A DNA stretch of 61,595 nt, the filler included. It is 4 parts of 4 records of this genome, joined end to end, with 100 filler letters (N's around TTAATTAATTAA, not from the genome) between each part and the next. Parts side by side here need not be neighbours in the genome. Positions count along the whole stretch, not along the records: positions 1 to 27,865 come from SRR31156797_5520; positions 27,966 to 38,509 come from SRR31156797_5524; 2 more parts are not named here. One strand, 5' to 3'. Both the position numbers and the translations under genes were made by a program. The notes under the pieces are model-generated. The model was not told the DNA's origin, did not search any database, and saw only the letters and a program-made list of their open reading frames with translations. Positions 20,071-30,354 of the stretch are shown here, piece by piece. The stretch's first letter is position 1, and every line of letters begins with the position of its first letter.

Positions 20071-20742
20071 ATGTCAAAACTCATCATACACAACCAGGTT
20101 AGCCTCGATGGGGCCATTTCAGGGTTTCAGGTCGATCCGGCGGTTTATTACTCCATTGTAAATTCCTTTGGTGCTGAAATGTATCTGGTCGGTTCCGAAA
20201 CTGCCCGGCATGGCATAAAGATGTTCCCGAAAAATGTTTCTGCCGAAGAACCTTCAGATTTTAAGGCGTATTCAGAAAATAAAAATCAACAAAGCCCGGT
20301 TTGGATATTCCCTGACAGCACCGGCAAACTTGAAGGCCTGCTTCACGTATACCGCCGTTACGAGCACTGCCGTGATATAATTGTGCTGGTAACTGTGGAA
20401 ACACCAAAATCATACATCAACTACCTTGAAGAACGCAGCTACAAATATTACATCTGTGGAGATGTGAAAGTAGATTTTAAAATTGCTTTAGAAAAGATAT
20501 CTGCTGACTATTCATGGGATAAAATGATAACAGATAATGGTGGTTTATTGAGTAGTATTCTACTGGAGAATGGTTTGGTTGACCAGGTTAGTATGATCCT
20601 TTCGCCTACCCTCACAGGAAAAAAACCGCCTAAACTATTCAGGGAGCTAAAACTTGGCAAACGCGTAATAAAGTTCAATCCATTAAAAGCCGAAATTTTG
20701 AAAAGCAAAGATGTATTGCTGCTGTTTGAGGTGGTGAAATAA
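20071..20742 (+). CDS. RibD C-terminal/DHFR-like reductase family protein
   Basis: IIHNQVSLDGAI, NGG...LLENGLVDQVSMILSP. Confidence 0.75.
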   Translation: MSKLIIHNQVSLDGAISGFQVDPAVYYSIVNSFGAEMYLVGSETARHGIKMFPKNVSAEEPSDFKAYSENKNQQSPVWIFPDSTGKLEGLLHVYRRYEHCRDIIVLVTVETPKSYINYLEERSYKYYICGDVKVDFKIALEKISADYSWDKMITDNGGLLSSILLENGLVDQVSMILSPTLTGKKPPKLFRELKLGKRVIKFNPLKAEILKSKDVLLLFEVVK

Positions 20743-20751
20743 AGGCCGCGA

Positions 20752-21051
20752 CTATTTTTCTTCTTTATCCTCAACAATCAGAAAAATCTTCTCGTCATCC
20801 TTTTTCATGAGGTATTTTTCCCGGGCCATTTTTTCCATTACTTCGGGGTCGTTTTCAAGCTGTTTCAGCAGGGTGCTGTCCTTTTCAAATTCCGAAGAAT
20901 AATACTCTTGTTTTTCCCGGGCCTCGTCCAACTCACGGGTAAGTTTGAATTGGCGGAAAAGATTGTCCTGGTCAAAAAATGCCAACCAAACTATAAAGAT
21001 AGCCAGGATGAGCACATACCTGTTTTTTAATATTTTACCGATTTTTTCCAT
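20752..21051 (-). CDS. Septum formation initiator (FtsB/DivIC family)
   Basis: One TM helix, coiled coil, EKMAREKYLMKKDDE. Confidence 0.85.
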   Translation of the reverse strand: MEKIGKILKNRYVLILAIFIVWLAFFDQDNLFRQFKLTRELDEAREKQEYYSSEFEKDSTLLKQLENDPEVMEKMAREKYLMKKDDEKIFLIVEDKEEK

Positions 21052-21347
21052 AGAAATATTGATTGGGTTTTAAGGTGGGTCAAAATTACAAATCTTATCC
21101 GGATTTAAAACATATTCAGGTTAAAGCTTTCATTATTTAAAACGCATTCGGCATCAATATGTTAAAATTTGAATCGGCTGGAAATTCAAAGTGCTGGTTT
21201 GTAGTCCGTTATTGTGATGTGTTGGAAATCAAAAACATATAGTTTTCACCAGATGAATTGTTTTTTCTATTTTTACAGCCACTTTCAAAAAAAATTTATG
21301 AAGTCTGCTAACTTTTTACACTAAATATTAAACTTAATTAAAAAATC

Positions 21348-24300
21348 ATGAATTACCGTAAATTTACGAACTACAGCTTTTTAACTTTACTCATGGCTGC
21401 TTTTTCGGTCATGACACTCCAAGCTCAGGAATTTACATACGAAGACTCCTGGGGTGATGCTGGTTTTACACTTGAAAAACAAACCCGCTCTAACGTGCAG
21501 GTAAACTACTCGATTGATCAATTTCGCCTCGCCGACACAAGGATTAACAACGAGGCAATGCAAAACATTGAAATGACTGGTGCGCTTATTCCCAATGACG
21601 AAGGCATGCCAAATGTACCCGGATTGAGCCGTTACATAGCCATCCCGGAAGGAGCAAAAGCTTCTCTCAACGTCCTGGAATATCGCGTGGAAACGCTCCA
21701 GGGTGTAGAACTTTCTCCGGCGCCGCGTATCCCACTCGATACGGATAAAGGCCCGCTACACTATGAGAAAGGTGCTGTTTACAGCCAAAATGCATTCTAC
21801 CCGGCAAATCCATTCCGGATTTCCGAAGTTACCGAAATTAGGGGTGTGGATGTTGTAATGCTTGGTATTACTCCATTCCAGTATAATCCTGTAACCAAAG
21901 AACTGAAGGTATATCACGATGTAAAAGTTGAAATAACATTTGAAGGTGGCAGCGGCCAGTTTGGTGATACTCGCCTGAGAAACCGTTGGTGGGATCCAAT
22001 TATGGAAGATGCATTCCTCAACAGTGCTTCTTTACCACAGGTTGATTATAATAAAAGGCGCCAGCAAATTATGAACAGCACCCGCGACGCAGGTTACGAA
22101 TACCTGATCGTGGTTCCGAACAACCCTGAATTTTCACAATGGGCTGATTCAATCAAAATGTTCCGCCAGAATCAGGGTATCCTCACCGGAATTGTAACCC
22201 TCGACGAAATAGGCGGTAACAGTACAAGTGTATTAGAAAATTACTTTAACGATGCTTACAATAACTGGGACATTCCCCCTGCTGCAGTACTTCTGCTTGC
22301 CGATTATGGTAGCAATGCATCAAATACGATCACATCACCGATTTGGGATAACTATTGTGCTTCCGATAATATTTATTCTGACGTAAATAACAACGACATG
22401 CCTGACATGATTTTTGCCAGGATAACGGCCAACAACGCCAGTCAGCTCGAAACCATGGTAACCAAGTTTATCCATTATGAGCAAAATCCTCCAACCAGTC
22501 CTGATTTTTATGCACATCCAATAACGGCATTAGGTTGGCAAACCGAACGATGGTTCCAGCTTTGTTCAGAAATTGTTGGTGGATTCTGGCGTGAAGCACA
22601 AGGAAAAGACCCCGTACGTGTGAATGCTATATATCAGGGAACACCCGGTAATTCATGGTCGTCAACATCCTACGGAAATACTGCTGCTGTGGTTAATTAT
22701 TTTGGCCCTAATGGTTTGGGTTATATTCCCGCAACACCAGCAGAGCTTGGTGGATGGACAGGCGGAAATGCTACCATGGTAAATAACGCCATCAACAGCG
22801 GTTCATTCATGCTCCAGCACCGCGATCACGGTTATGAGCAAGGCTGGGGTGAGCCATCATATAGCAGCAGCAATATTAATGCACTGAATAATACCGACCT
22901 TACATTTGTAATGTCGATCAACTGCCTCACTGGTAAATACAACATGGGCGGTGAGTGTTTCACCGAAAAATTCCACCGCTATACTTCAGGTGGCCACAAC
23001 TCAGGCGCACTTGGCCTTATCGCCGCATCTGAAGTTTCTTACTCATTTGTAAATGATGCATTCGTTTGGGGTATATACGACAATATGTGGCCCGAATTTA
23101 TGCCTACCTATGGAATGCCTGTGGAAGAAAGAGGTATTTTACCTGCATTTGGTAATGCCGCCGGTAAATATTTCCTCCAGCAAAGTGCATGGCCCTACAA
23201 TACCAACAATAAAGAGGTAACTTACAATTTGTTCCACCACCATGGCGGAGCCTTCCTTACCGTATATTCAGAAGTTCCGGAGGAATTGGCTGTAACACAT
23301 AATCCTGTTTTGATCAGTGGCGAATCTTCATTTACAGTTACAGCCGATGAAGGATCATTTATTGCACTTACAGTAGAAGGTGAAATTATTGGAACAGCTG
23401 AAGGAACCGGTGCTCCGGTAGCCATCGAAATAGAGCCACAACTTCCACCAAATGCCATGCTCGTTACCATCACCAAACAAAACTACTATCGTTACGAGGA
23501 AACCGTTGATATCATCCCTCCGTCAGGCCCGTATGTGGTTTATAACGACGTTGAACTCGACGATTCGATGGGTAACGATAATGGAATGATGGATTTTGGT
23601 GAAGATATCATGCTCAACCTGACCATGGAAAACGTTGGAGTTGAAACTGCCGAAAATATCACGGCTACTTTGACCAGCGATGATGATTTTATCACCATCG
23701 TTAATGGTACTGCAAATTTCGGAGATATCGAAGCCAACTCAACAGCAACAATGGATGACGCATTCGAAATCCAGTCTGCTGAAAATATTCCTGATATGCA
23801 CACCGTAGCTTTCACATTAACCGTTACAGATGGAACTGACACCTGGGAAAGTTTCTTTAGTTTAACAGGGCATGCCCCAATGCTGGAAGTTGTAAACATT
23901 ACCGTATCTGATGCTGCCGGAAATGGAAACGGATTCCTCGATCCGGGTGAAAATGCCGATATTATGTTCGAAACAGCAAACAATGGTAGTGCAGATGCTC
24001 CTGGAGTGATGACAACGCTTGTTACCATGAGTCCATTCCTTACGCTTAACAATAGTACGGCTGATTTGGGTGATATGGCAGCAGGAGAGGATGGAATCGC
24101 AACCTTCAATGTAACTGTTGATGTAAATACACCAATCGGAACTGTGGTTGATCTCATTTACACCGCTGAAAGCGGAATGTATGAAGTTGAAGAAATGACC
24201 GGATTGAAAGTTGGACTTATCGTTGAAGATTTTGAATCCGGAGATTTTAGCCAGTACGAATGGGAATTTGGTGGAGCAGCTGACTGGACATTAGTTTCAT

Positions 24301-26240
24301 CAGGAGCCTACGAAGGAACCTATGCAGCAAAATCTGGCAGTATTGGCGACCAGCAGGAGTCTGTCATCGAAGTAACCATGGATGTAATGAATGATGATGA
24401 GATTTCATTCTACTATAAAGTTTCTTCGGAAGCAACCTACGATTACCTCCGTTTCTATATTGATAATGTTCAACAGGCCGAATGGGAAGGTGAAGAAGGA
24501 TGGGCTCTGGCAACATTTGATGTTACCGAAGGTGAGCATACATTCACATGGTCATACGAAAAAGATTATTCAGTTAGCAATGGCGACGACTGCGGATGGA
24601 TCGATTATATCACATTCCCTGCCGTAGCCAATGATGCGATGATTATTTATGCCGGTCCGGATGATGAAACCTGCGAAGGCAACGACTATGCCCTCAATGC
24701 AACAGGTGCCAACTACGAGTCAGTGGTTTGGGCTACATCAGGAAGCGGAACATTTGACGATAATACAAGCCTGACGCCGGTTTACACACCAAGTGATGAT
24801 GACTTTGCAAATGGTGAAGTTACTTTATCGATTACAGCAATATCAGGAGGTGATAACATGACCGATGATATGATGCTCACTTTTATGCCGATGCCCGGCC
24901 AGTGTACTGCTCCCACAGGAGATGCCGAACTTTGTATGAACCCCGGCATGACTGAATATGTAACTGATGAAATGCCGCATGTGGATGATTACATGTGGAT
25001 GATCGAACCGGAAGAGGCAGGTACCATTACTTTTGATATGAATGTAGCCGAAGTTATGTGGAATGAAGACTACATGGGTGAAGCTCAAATTATGGTTATG
25101 GGTATGAACGATTGCGGTGAAGGCGACATGTCGGAACCAATGATGGTGAATATTATGGATGTTCCCGCTGCGGCAACGGTCCCAACTGGTGACATTGACC
25201 TTTGCGAAGGCACAATGACAACCGTTTACTCAGCTGCTGAGATTATGTATGCAGATGATTACAACTGGTCAATTATGCCGGAAGAGGCCGGAACAATCAT
25301 GGCCAGCGGCATGGAAGCCGAAGTTACCTGGAACGCAGAATGGGCCGGAGAGGCTGAAATTTATGTTACTGGTGTAAACGATTGTGGCGAAGGTGAAATA
25401 TCTTCAGCACTCTTGGTGATGATGACAGCAATGCCTGAAATGCCTGCAATGCCAACCGGTGAAACCGAGCTTTGCGAAAACAATACATCAACCATGTATG
25501 AAACTACAGGTGCCAATGGCGCTGATGAATATGTTTGGGAAGTGCTACCTGCTGAAGCCGGTACAATTGCTCCAAATGGTATGACTGCTGAAGTTACCTG
25601 GACCGAAGGTTACAGTGGCGAAGCCAATGTTCATGTTAAAGCCATGAACCCATGTGGTGAAAGTGATTTTTCAGATGCAATCATGGTAACACTTGCTCCA
25701 TTACCATCACAACCCGAAACCATTACCGGGCAAGATGAAGTATGTCAGGGACTTACCATTGCGCTGGACGTTGCTGAAATCGCCAATGCCACTGATTGTG
25801 AATGGATGATTGAGCCCGCTGAAGCTGGTGTGGTAACAATGAATGGTACAAGTTGTGATGTAACGGTTAGTGAAACCTGGGAAGGTGATGCAACCATCAT
25901 GGCACGCGGTATAAATGATTGCGGAACCGGCGAATGGTCAGATGGATTCACACTTACAATTCAGGATTGTACAGGAATTGATGAGAACGAAGCCATCAGC
26001 CTTGAGGTTTATCCAAATCCGAACAACGGCGCCTTTACCATCAGCCTGGATGCCAACGAAACCATCAATATCAGGTTGATGAACGCCATTGGTGAAGTTG
26101 TATATTATGAGAATAATGTTGAAGTATTTGGAACTGTTAGCAAGCAAATCCGTACAGCAGGATTGGCAAACGGAGTTTATTACCTCAACCTTACAGGTGA
26201 AACTGTGAATGGTTTCCAAAAGATAGTAATTCGCAAATAA
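21348..26240 (+). CDS. C25 (gingipain-family) cysteine peptidase with propeptide, Ig/PKD-like repeats and T9SS CTD
   Basis: PFQYNPV propeptide, SDNIY, QHRDHG (His), SINCLTG (Cys); four ~90-aa repeats; VYPNPNNG...LANGVYYL...KIVIRK. Confidence 0.9.
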   Translation: MNYRKFTNYSFLTLLMAAFSVMTLQAQEFTYEDSWGDAGFTLEKQTRSNVQVNYSIDQFRLADTRINNEAMQNIEMTGALIPNDEGMPNVPGLSRYIAIPEGAKASLNVLEYRVETLQGVELSPAPRIPLDTDKGPLHYEKGAVYSQNAFYPANPFRISEVTEIRGVDVVMLGITPFQYNPVTKELKVYHDVKVEITFEGGSGQFGDTRLRNRWWDPIMEDAFLNSASLPQVDYNKRRQQIMNSTRDAGYEYLIVVPNNPEFSQWADSIKMFRQNQGILTGIVTLDEIGGNSTSVLENYFNDAYNNWDIPPAAVLLLADYGSNASNTITSPIWDNYCASDNIYSDVNNNDMPDMIFARITANNASQLETMVTKFIHYEQNPPTSPDFYAHPITALGWQTERWFQLCSEIVGGFWREAQGKDPVRVNAIYQGTPGNSWSSTSYGNTAAVVNYFGPNGLGYIPATPAELGGWTGGNATMVNNAINSGSFMLQHRDHGYEQGWGEPSYSSSNINALNNTDLTFVMSINCLTGKYNMGGECFTEKFHRYTSGGHNSGALGLIAASEVSYSFVNDAFVWGIYDNMWPEFMPTYGMPVEERGILPAFGNAAGKYFLQQSAWPYNTNNKEVTYNLFHHHGGAFLTVYSEVPEELAVTHNPVLISGESSFTVTADEGSFIALTVEGEIIGTAEGTGAPVAIEIEPQLPPNAMLVTITKQNYYRYEETVDIIPPSGPYVVYNDVELDDSMGNDNGMMDFGEDIMLNLTMENVGVETAENITATLTSDDDFITIVNGTANFGDIEANSTATMDDAFEIQSAENIPDMHTVAFTLTVTDGTDTWESFFSLTGHAPMLEVVNITVSDAAGNGNGFLDPGENADIMFETANNGSADAPGVMTTLVTMSPFLTLNNSTADLGDMAAGEDGIATFNVTVDVNTPIGTVVDLIYTAESGMYEVEEMTGLKVGLIVEDFESGDFSQYEWEFGGAADWTLVSSGAYEGTYAAKSGSIGDQQESVIEVTMDVMNDDEISFYYKVSSEATYDYLRFYIDNVQQAEWEGEEGWALATFDVTEGEHTFTWSYEKDYSVSNGDDCGWIDYITFPAVANDAMIIYAGPDDETCEGNDYALNATGANYESVVWATSGSGTFDDNTSLTPVYTPSDDDFANGEVTLSITAISGGDNMTDDMMLTFMPMPGQCTAPTGDAELCMNPGMTEYVTDEMPHVDDYMWMIEPEEAGTITFDMNVAEVMWNEDYMGEAQIMVMGMNDCGEGDMSEPMMVNIMDVPAAATVPTGDIDLCEGTMTTVYSAAEIMYADDYNWSIMPEEAGTIMASGMEAEVTWNAEWAGEAEIYVTGVNDCGEGEISSALLVMMTAMPEMPAMPTGETELCENNTSTMYETTGANGADEYVWEVLPAEAGTIAPNGMTAEVTWTEGYSGEANVHVKAMNPCGESDFSDAIMVTLAPLPSQPETITGQDEVCQGLTIALDVAEIANATDCEWMIEPAEAGVVTMNGTSCDVTVSETWEGDATIMARGINDCGTGEWSDGFTLTIQDCTGIDENEAISLEVYPNPNNGAFTISLDANETINIRLMNAIGEVVYYENNVEVFGTVSKQIRTAGLANGVYYLNLTGETVNGFQKIVIRK

Positions 26241-26266
26241 GCGGAACAAAATAAGCATTGAATAAT

Positions 26267-26294
26267 AAGGGGCTGGATTTCCGGCCCCTTTTTT
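26267..26294 (+). terminator. Intrinsic terminator
   Basis: aaggggctgg attt ccggcccctttttt. Confidence 0.8.
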
Positions 26295-26389
26295 ATTGTT
26301 ATCATATCACCTATATTTTACCGGCAACCAACACGAATTGGTTTAACTTTTCTATATTTGTTGATTGTAGAACTTAAATAGCGGCAAAA

Positions 26390-27496
26390 ATGAACTTGAA
26401 GGAAGACAAAAGAATCGTAATGACGTTGGATGCAGGCGGAACAAACCTGGTTTTTTCTGCCATCCGTGGGGAAGAAGAAATTGTTGAACCCATTACTTTG
26501 CCATCACAGGCAGAGTCGTTGAATGATGTGTTAAACCGGATTATTCAGGGTTTTGAGGAGGTGAAAGGCAAGCTTACCGAAAACCCTGTCGCTATCAGTT
26601 TTGCATTTCCGGGGCCCGCTGAATATGAAATGGGAATTATTGGTAACCTCGAAAATCTGCCACTGTTTCGTGGTGGTGTTGCCCTGGGCCCCATGCTTGA
26701 AGAGAAATTCGATATACCTGTATATATCAATAACGATGGTGATCTGTTCACCTATGGTGAAGCTATCAGTGGTTTGCTCCCCGAGATCAACCATAAACTC
26801 GAAGAATCCGGCAGTCCAAAGCGATATAACAATCTGTTTGGAGGTACCTTTGGAACGGGCTTTGGTGGTGGCATCGTGAGCCGTGGTGAATTGTTTACCG
26901 GCGACAATTCCGCACAGGGTGAGATCAACCGCATACGGAGTAAGGTGCATCCTTTTTACAGTGTTGAAGAAACCGTTAGTATTCGAGGTATTCGCAAGGC
27001 CTATGCCCGCGAAACTAAAATTGAGGAAGTGATGGTTCCAACACCACAATCCATTTTTGAAATCGGCATGGGTAAGGTTGAAGGTGACAGGGAAGCAGCC
27101 CGTAAAGTATTCAGGAAATTTGCCCTTGCAGCAGGCGATGCATTGGCCAATGCCATCACACTTGTTGACGGGTTGATAGTACTTGGAGGCGGGCTTTCCG
27201 GAGCTCATCCCATGTTCCTGCAGCAAATGGTTAACGAAATGAACCATAAGTTTGAAACACCCGGAGGAGGCCGGCTATCAAGGCTGGAAATCAAAGTTTT
27301 TAACCTCGAAAATGAAAAAGACCTGAAAAAATTTCTCACCGGCAATAAGCAGGAAATCACGGTACCATTCAGCGATAAAAAGATCAACTACGACCCACTT
27401 AAAAGAGTTGGAGTAGGGATTTCCAGGTTAGGAACCTCCAAAGCAACATCCATCGGTGCTTATGCCTTTGCCCTGAATCAACTGGACAAGAAATAG
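26390..27496 (+). CDS. ROK family sugar kinase
   Basis: LDAGGT, FPGP, INNDGD, GTGFGGG, LGGGLS. Confidence 0.9.
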   Translation: MNLKEDKRIVMTLDAGGTNLVFSAIRGEEEIVEPITLPSQAESLNDVLNRIIQGFEEVKGKLTENPVAISFAFPGPAEYEMGIIGNLENLPLFRGGVALGPMLEEKFDIPVYINNDGDLFTYGEAISGLLPEINHKLEESGSPKRYNNLFGGTFGTGFGGGIVSRGELFTGDNSAQGEINRIRSKVHPFYSVEETVSIRGIRKAYARETKIEEVMVPTPQSIFEIGMGKVEGDREAARKVFRKFALAAGDALANAITLVDGLIVLGGGLSGAHPMFLQQMVNEMNHKFETPGGGRLSRLEIKVFNLENEKDLKKFLTGNKQEITVPFSDKKINYDPLKRVGVGISRLGTSKATSIGAYAFALNQLDKK

Positions 27497-27499
27497 TTG

Positions 27500-27548
27500 G
27501 AAGTAAGAAGTAGGAAGTAAGAAGAAGGTAGTAGGAAGAAGGTAAAAG
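27500..27548. repeat. Seven degenerate 7-bp purine-rich tandem repeats
   Basis: gaagtaa gaagtag gaagtaa gaagaag gtagtag gaagaag gtaaaag. Confidence 0.7.
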
Positions 27549-27865
27549 TGGGTTTTGAGTTATGAGTACAAAATAGGACAAGCTAAATAGCATACGAATA
27601 TCACGAGGTTGAGAATCATAGGAGCTATCTCAAAAAGGTATTGACTACCATGGACAAATATTGATACACGAAGTGTTATTTACCTTGATCGTGCGAAGAA
27701 AATGACGCTGAATGAATTGAGTATATAAACCAGGAATCCCGCCTTTGCTGAAGCTCCTGAAGATGAAATCAATAACCTGTAACTTTATAACCCAATGCCT
27801 CCCAACGCTATGAACTTCAGGCACTTTATGAACTCTAGCTCATCTTCCTAAAAAAGGCTATGTAG

Positions 27866-27965
27866 NNNNNNNNNNNNNNNNNNNNNNNNNNNNNNNNNNN
27901 NNNNNNNNNTTAATTAATTAANNNNNNNNNNNNNNNNNNNNNNNNNNNNNNNNNNNNNNNNNNNN
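27866..27965. other. Artificial contig-joining linker
   Basis: N-run, TTAATTAATTAA, N-run (100 nt); GC content and gene type change across it. Confidence 0.98.
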
Positions 27966-28070
27966 AGAGTTCCGGCCCCTGTTGCCACACCCGTTCCTAC
28001 ATCCCTGGTTCTGCTGTTCTCGGGGGTTGCAGGGTTTGCGGCTTTGAAAAGGAAGAACGTTATGAATTAG
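27966..28070 (+). CDS. C-terminal fragment of a PEP-CTERM-type (PxP variant) sorting-signal protein
   Basis: Translates as RVPAPVATPVPTSLVLLFSGVAGFAALKRKNVMN*: motif, TM helix and basic tail. Confidence 0.8.
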   Translation, partial: RVPAPVATPVPTSLVLLFSGVAGFAALKRKNVMN

Positions 28071-28099
28071 AGCGGGATGCTGATTCGGATTGATAATCG

Positions 28100-28135
28100 A
28101 GCGCAGAAAATAGCGATATTTTCTGCGCTATTTTT
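28100..28135 (+). terminator. Intrinsic terminator
   Basis: agcgcagaaaata gcga tattttctgcgct followed by attttt. Confidence 0.75.
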
Positions 28136-28236
28136 ATGTGGATTCGTTGGTTCCTCTCTCTGATTCTGTGCTAAATATTTGACAATTTTTGATTTTTGTA
28201 TTGTAACAATAGAAACTTAAATTCAGGGAGTTATGG

Positions 28237-30342
28237 TTGATGAGAAAGAGAGTCGGAATCCCGAAGGGTTTTGTTCTGCTTGTGGTTGTGTGCGCGCTTG
28301 TAGCAGGATGCGGCACGCCTGAAGAGAAAAAAGAAGCGTTTTTTACCAAGGGCATGACCCTGTATGATCAGGGGGATTATGTCAAGGCCCGACTGGAGTT
28401 CAAGAACGCTGTTCAGATCGATCCCGAATTTGCCAAAGCCTATTACATGCTTGGAAAGATCGATCTTCAATCCAAGGATTTCAAACAGGCCTACGGATTG
28501 ATCATGAAGGCGGTCAACCTTGACCCCACGCTTACGGAGGCCAGGATCGATCTTGGCAGGCTTCTCTTTTCCGGCAGGGCGTTTGACCGGGCCCTTGAAC
28601 AGGCCGAGGCCGTGCTGGCCAATGACCCGGACAACGGGGACGCTCTTTTGATAAAAGCGTCGGTGGCCATGGCGCAAAAGGAGGGGGAAAAGGCCCTAAC
28701 CATCCTTACCGGTCTTATGGACAAGGGCATGACCAAGCCCGATCTGTTCATGATGCTCGCCTCCGTTTACAACGGCCTGGGCGACCGCGAAAAAACAGGG
28801 GAGGTGTTACGCAAGGGGGTTGAGAAGAATCCTGAGTCCGTAGCGCTTCTTTTGACCCTTGCCCGGCTGGAAGCGCGTCAGGGCAACCTTTCGGGCGCAG
28901 AAGCGGGCTTGCAGAAGATCGTCACCCTTGATCCGGAGAATGTCAGGTCTCGGATCAATCTGGCTTCGTTTTTCATGGACACGGAGCAGAAAGACAAGGC
29001 TTTGAAAACACTGGACGAGATCCTGGAACGCTGGCCCCTGGATGAGAAAAAACGGGGCCTGGTTGCCCAGTTCCTGGTCAAGACCCGGCAGTACAACAGG
29101 GCTGAGGAGGTCCTGAAAAAGGGGATGGAGCTTATTCCGGAAGGCTACCTTGCCTACCAGATGCTTGGCGAGTTCTATGTGCGCCAGGGCCGGTCCGAGG
29201 AGTCCCTCACGGTGCTTGAGTCGGCCCTTGCCCTGGACAAGGATCCCGCCCATCCCGAGATCATCCGGACCAAGATCGCCCTTGCAAAGGTCCATATGCT
29301 CCGGGCCGAGATCGATAAGGCCAACACTTACGTGGACGATGTCCTGGCCAACGACTCCGGCAACCTGGACGGACATGGCCTCAAAGGGCGTATCCATCTG
29401 GTTAAGAAAGAGGGGATCGAGGCGGTCTCAGAGTTCAGGCTCCTGGTGGATGAGCGGCCCGAGGATCTGGCCGGTTATGTCCAGCTTGCCCAGGCCCACC
29501 TGATCAACAAGGACAACGACCTTGCCCTGGACATCATCAAGAGAGGGCTCGAGGTCAAGCCCGACTCCATCGCCATGATCAAGGCAATGGTCAAGATCTA
29601 TCTGATCAAAGAGGATGCGGCCGCGGCTGAAAAATTCTGCCGTGATCGCCTTGACCGATCGCCAAAAGAGGCCTTTACCTGGAACCTTCTGGGCCGGATA
29701 CTCCTCTTCCAGGAAAAATTCGACCAGGCCCTTGAATCCTTTGAAAACGCAAGTGAACTTCAGCCCGGCTGGCCCCTTCCCAACAACAGCATTGCCGGCA
29801 TTTACCTTCTCCAGGGGAAAAAGGCGGAGGCGGTCGAGAAGTTCAAGTCTGCGTTGAAAGTCAATCCGGGCAATGCCTCTGCATGGCTCACCCTGGGTAA
29901 CATCTACGAGCAGAGCCGTGAGTATGACAAGGCCATCGCCATCTACAAGGATGCCCTCAAGTATCTGCCCCGGCTCTGGGCCGCGTCAAACAACCTTGCC
30001 TTTATCATGACCGAATTTTCTTCAAAGAAAGAGGATCTTGAAACCGCCCTTGACTATGCTGAAATGGCCGCGGAACTCCAGCCGGAGTCCCCTGTGGTCC
30101 TGGATACCCTGGGCTGGGTTCACTATAAGCTCGGCGACCTGGACAAGGCCATGTCTATCATTGAAAAGGCCGTTGACAAGACCACGGACAACAGCGCCAT
30201 CAACTTTCACATGGGGGTATTGCTCCATGCAAAGGGCCGGGATAAGGAAGCAAGCGTGATGCTTGAAAAGGCCCTGACGGACGATGGGGACTTTTATGGA
30301 AAAGACCAGGCGGAAGCGCTTCTTAAAACCATTAACAAATAG
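28237..30342 (+). CDS. TPR-repeat lipoprotein (PrsT-like) of a PEP-CTERM/EPS locus
   Basis: LVAGC lipobox; many TPR units; NNLAF...DTLGWVHY. Confidence 0.85.
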   Translation: MMRKRVGIPKGFVLLVVVCALVAGCGTPEEKKEAFFTKGMTLYDQGDYVKARLEFKNAVQIDPEFAKAYYMLGKIDLQSKDFKQAYGLIMKAVNLDPTLTEARIDLGRLLFSGRAFDRALEQAEAVLANDPDNGDALLIKASVAMAQKEGEKALTILTGLMDKGMTKPDLFMMLASVYNGLGDREKTGEVLRKGVEKNPESVALLLTLARLEARQGNLSGAEAGLQKIVTLDPENVRSRINLASFFMDTEQKDKALKTLDEILERWPLDEKKRGLVAQFLVKTRQYNRAEEVLKKGMELIPEGYLAYQMLGEFYVRQGRSEESLTVLESALALDKDPAHPEIIRTKIALAKVHMLRAEIDKANTYVDDVLANDSGNLDGHGLKGRIHLVKKEGIEAVSEFRLLVDERPEDLAGYVQLAQAHLINKDNDLALDIIKRGLEVKPDSIAMIKAMVKIYLIKEDAAAAEKFCRDRLDRSPKEAFTWNLLGRILLFQEKFDQALESFENASELQPGWPLPNNSIAGIYLLQGKKAEAVEKFKSALKVNPGNASAWLTLGNIYEQSREYDKAIAIYKDALKYLPRLWAASNNLAFIMTEFSSKKEDLETALDYAEMAAELQPESPVVLDTLGWVHYKLGDLDKAMSIIEKAVDKTTDNSAINFHMGVLLHAKGRDKEASVMLEKALTDDGDFYGKDQAEALLKTINK

Positions 30343-30354
30343 AAGGAGGGCGGC

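Noticed and set aside
27550-27865. Possible decayed small gene after the 7-mer array
   Set aside because: The frames I translated are interrupted and show no convincing family motif.
27866-27965. TTAATTAATTAA palindrome within N-runs (also at 38510-38609 and 50147-50246) as a biological repeat or att site
   Set aside because: Identical 100-nt construct at all three joins with stops in all frames; an artificial linker.
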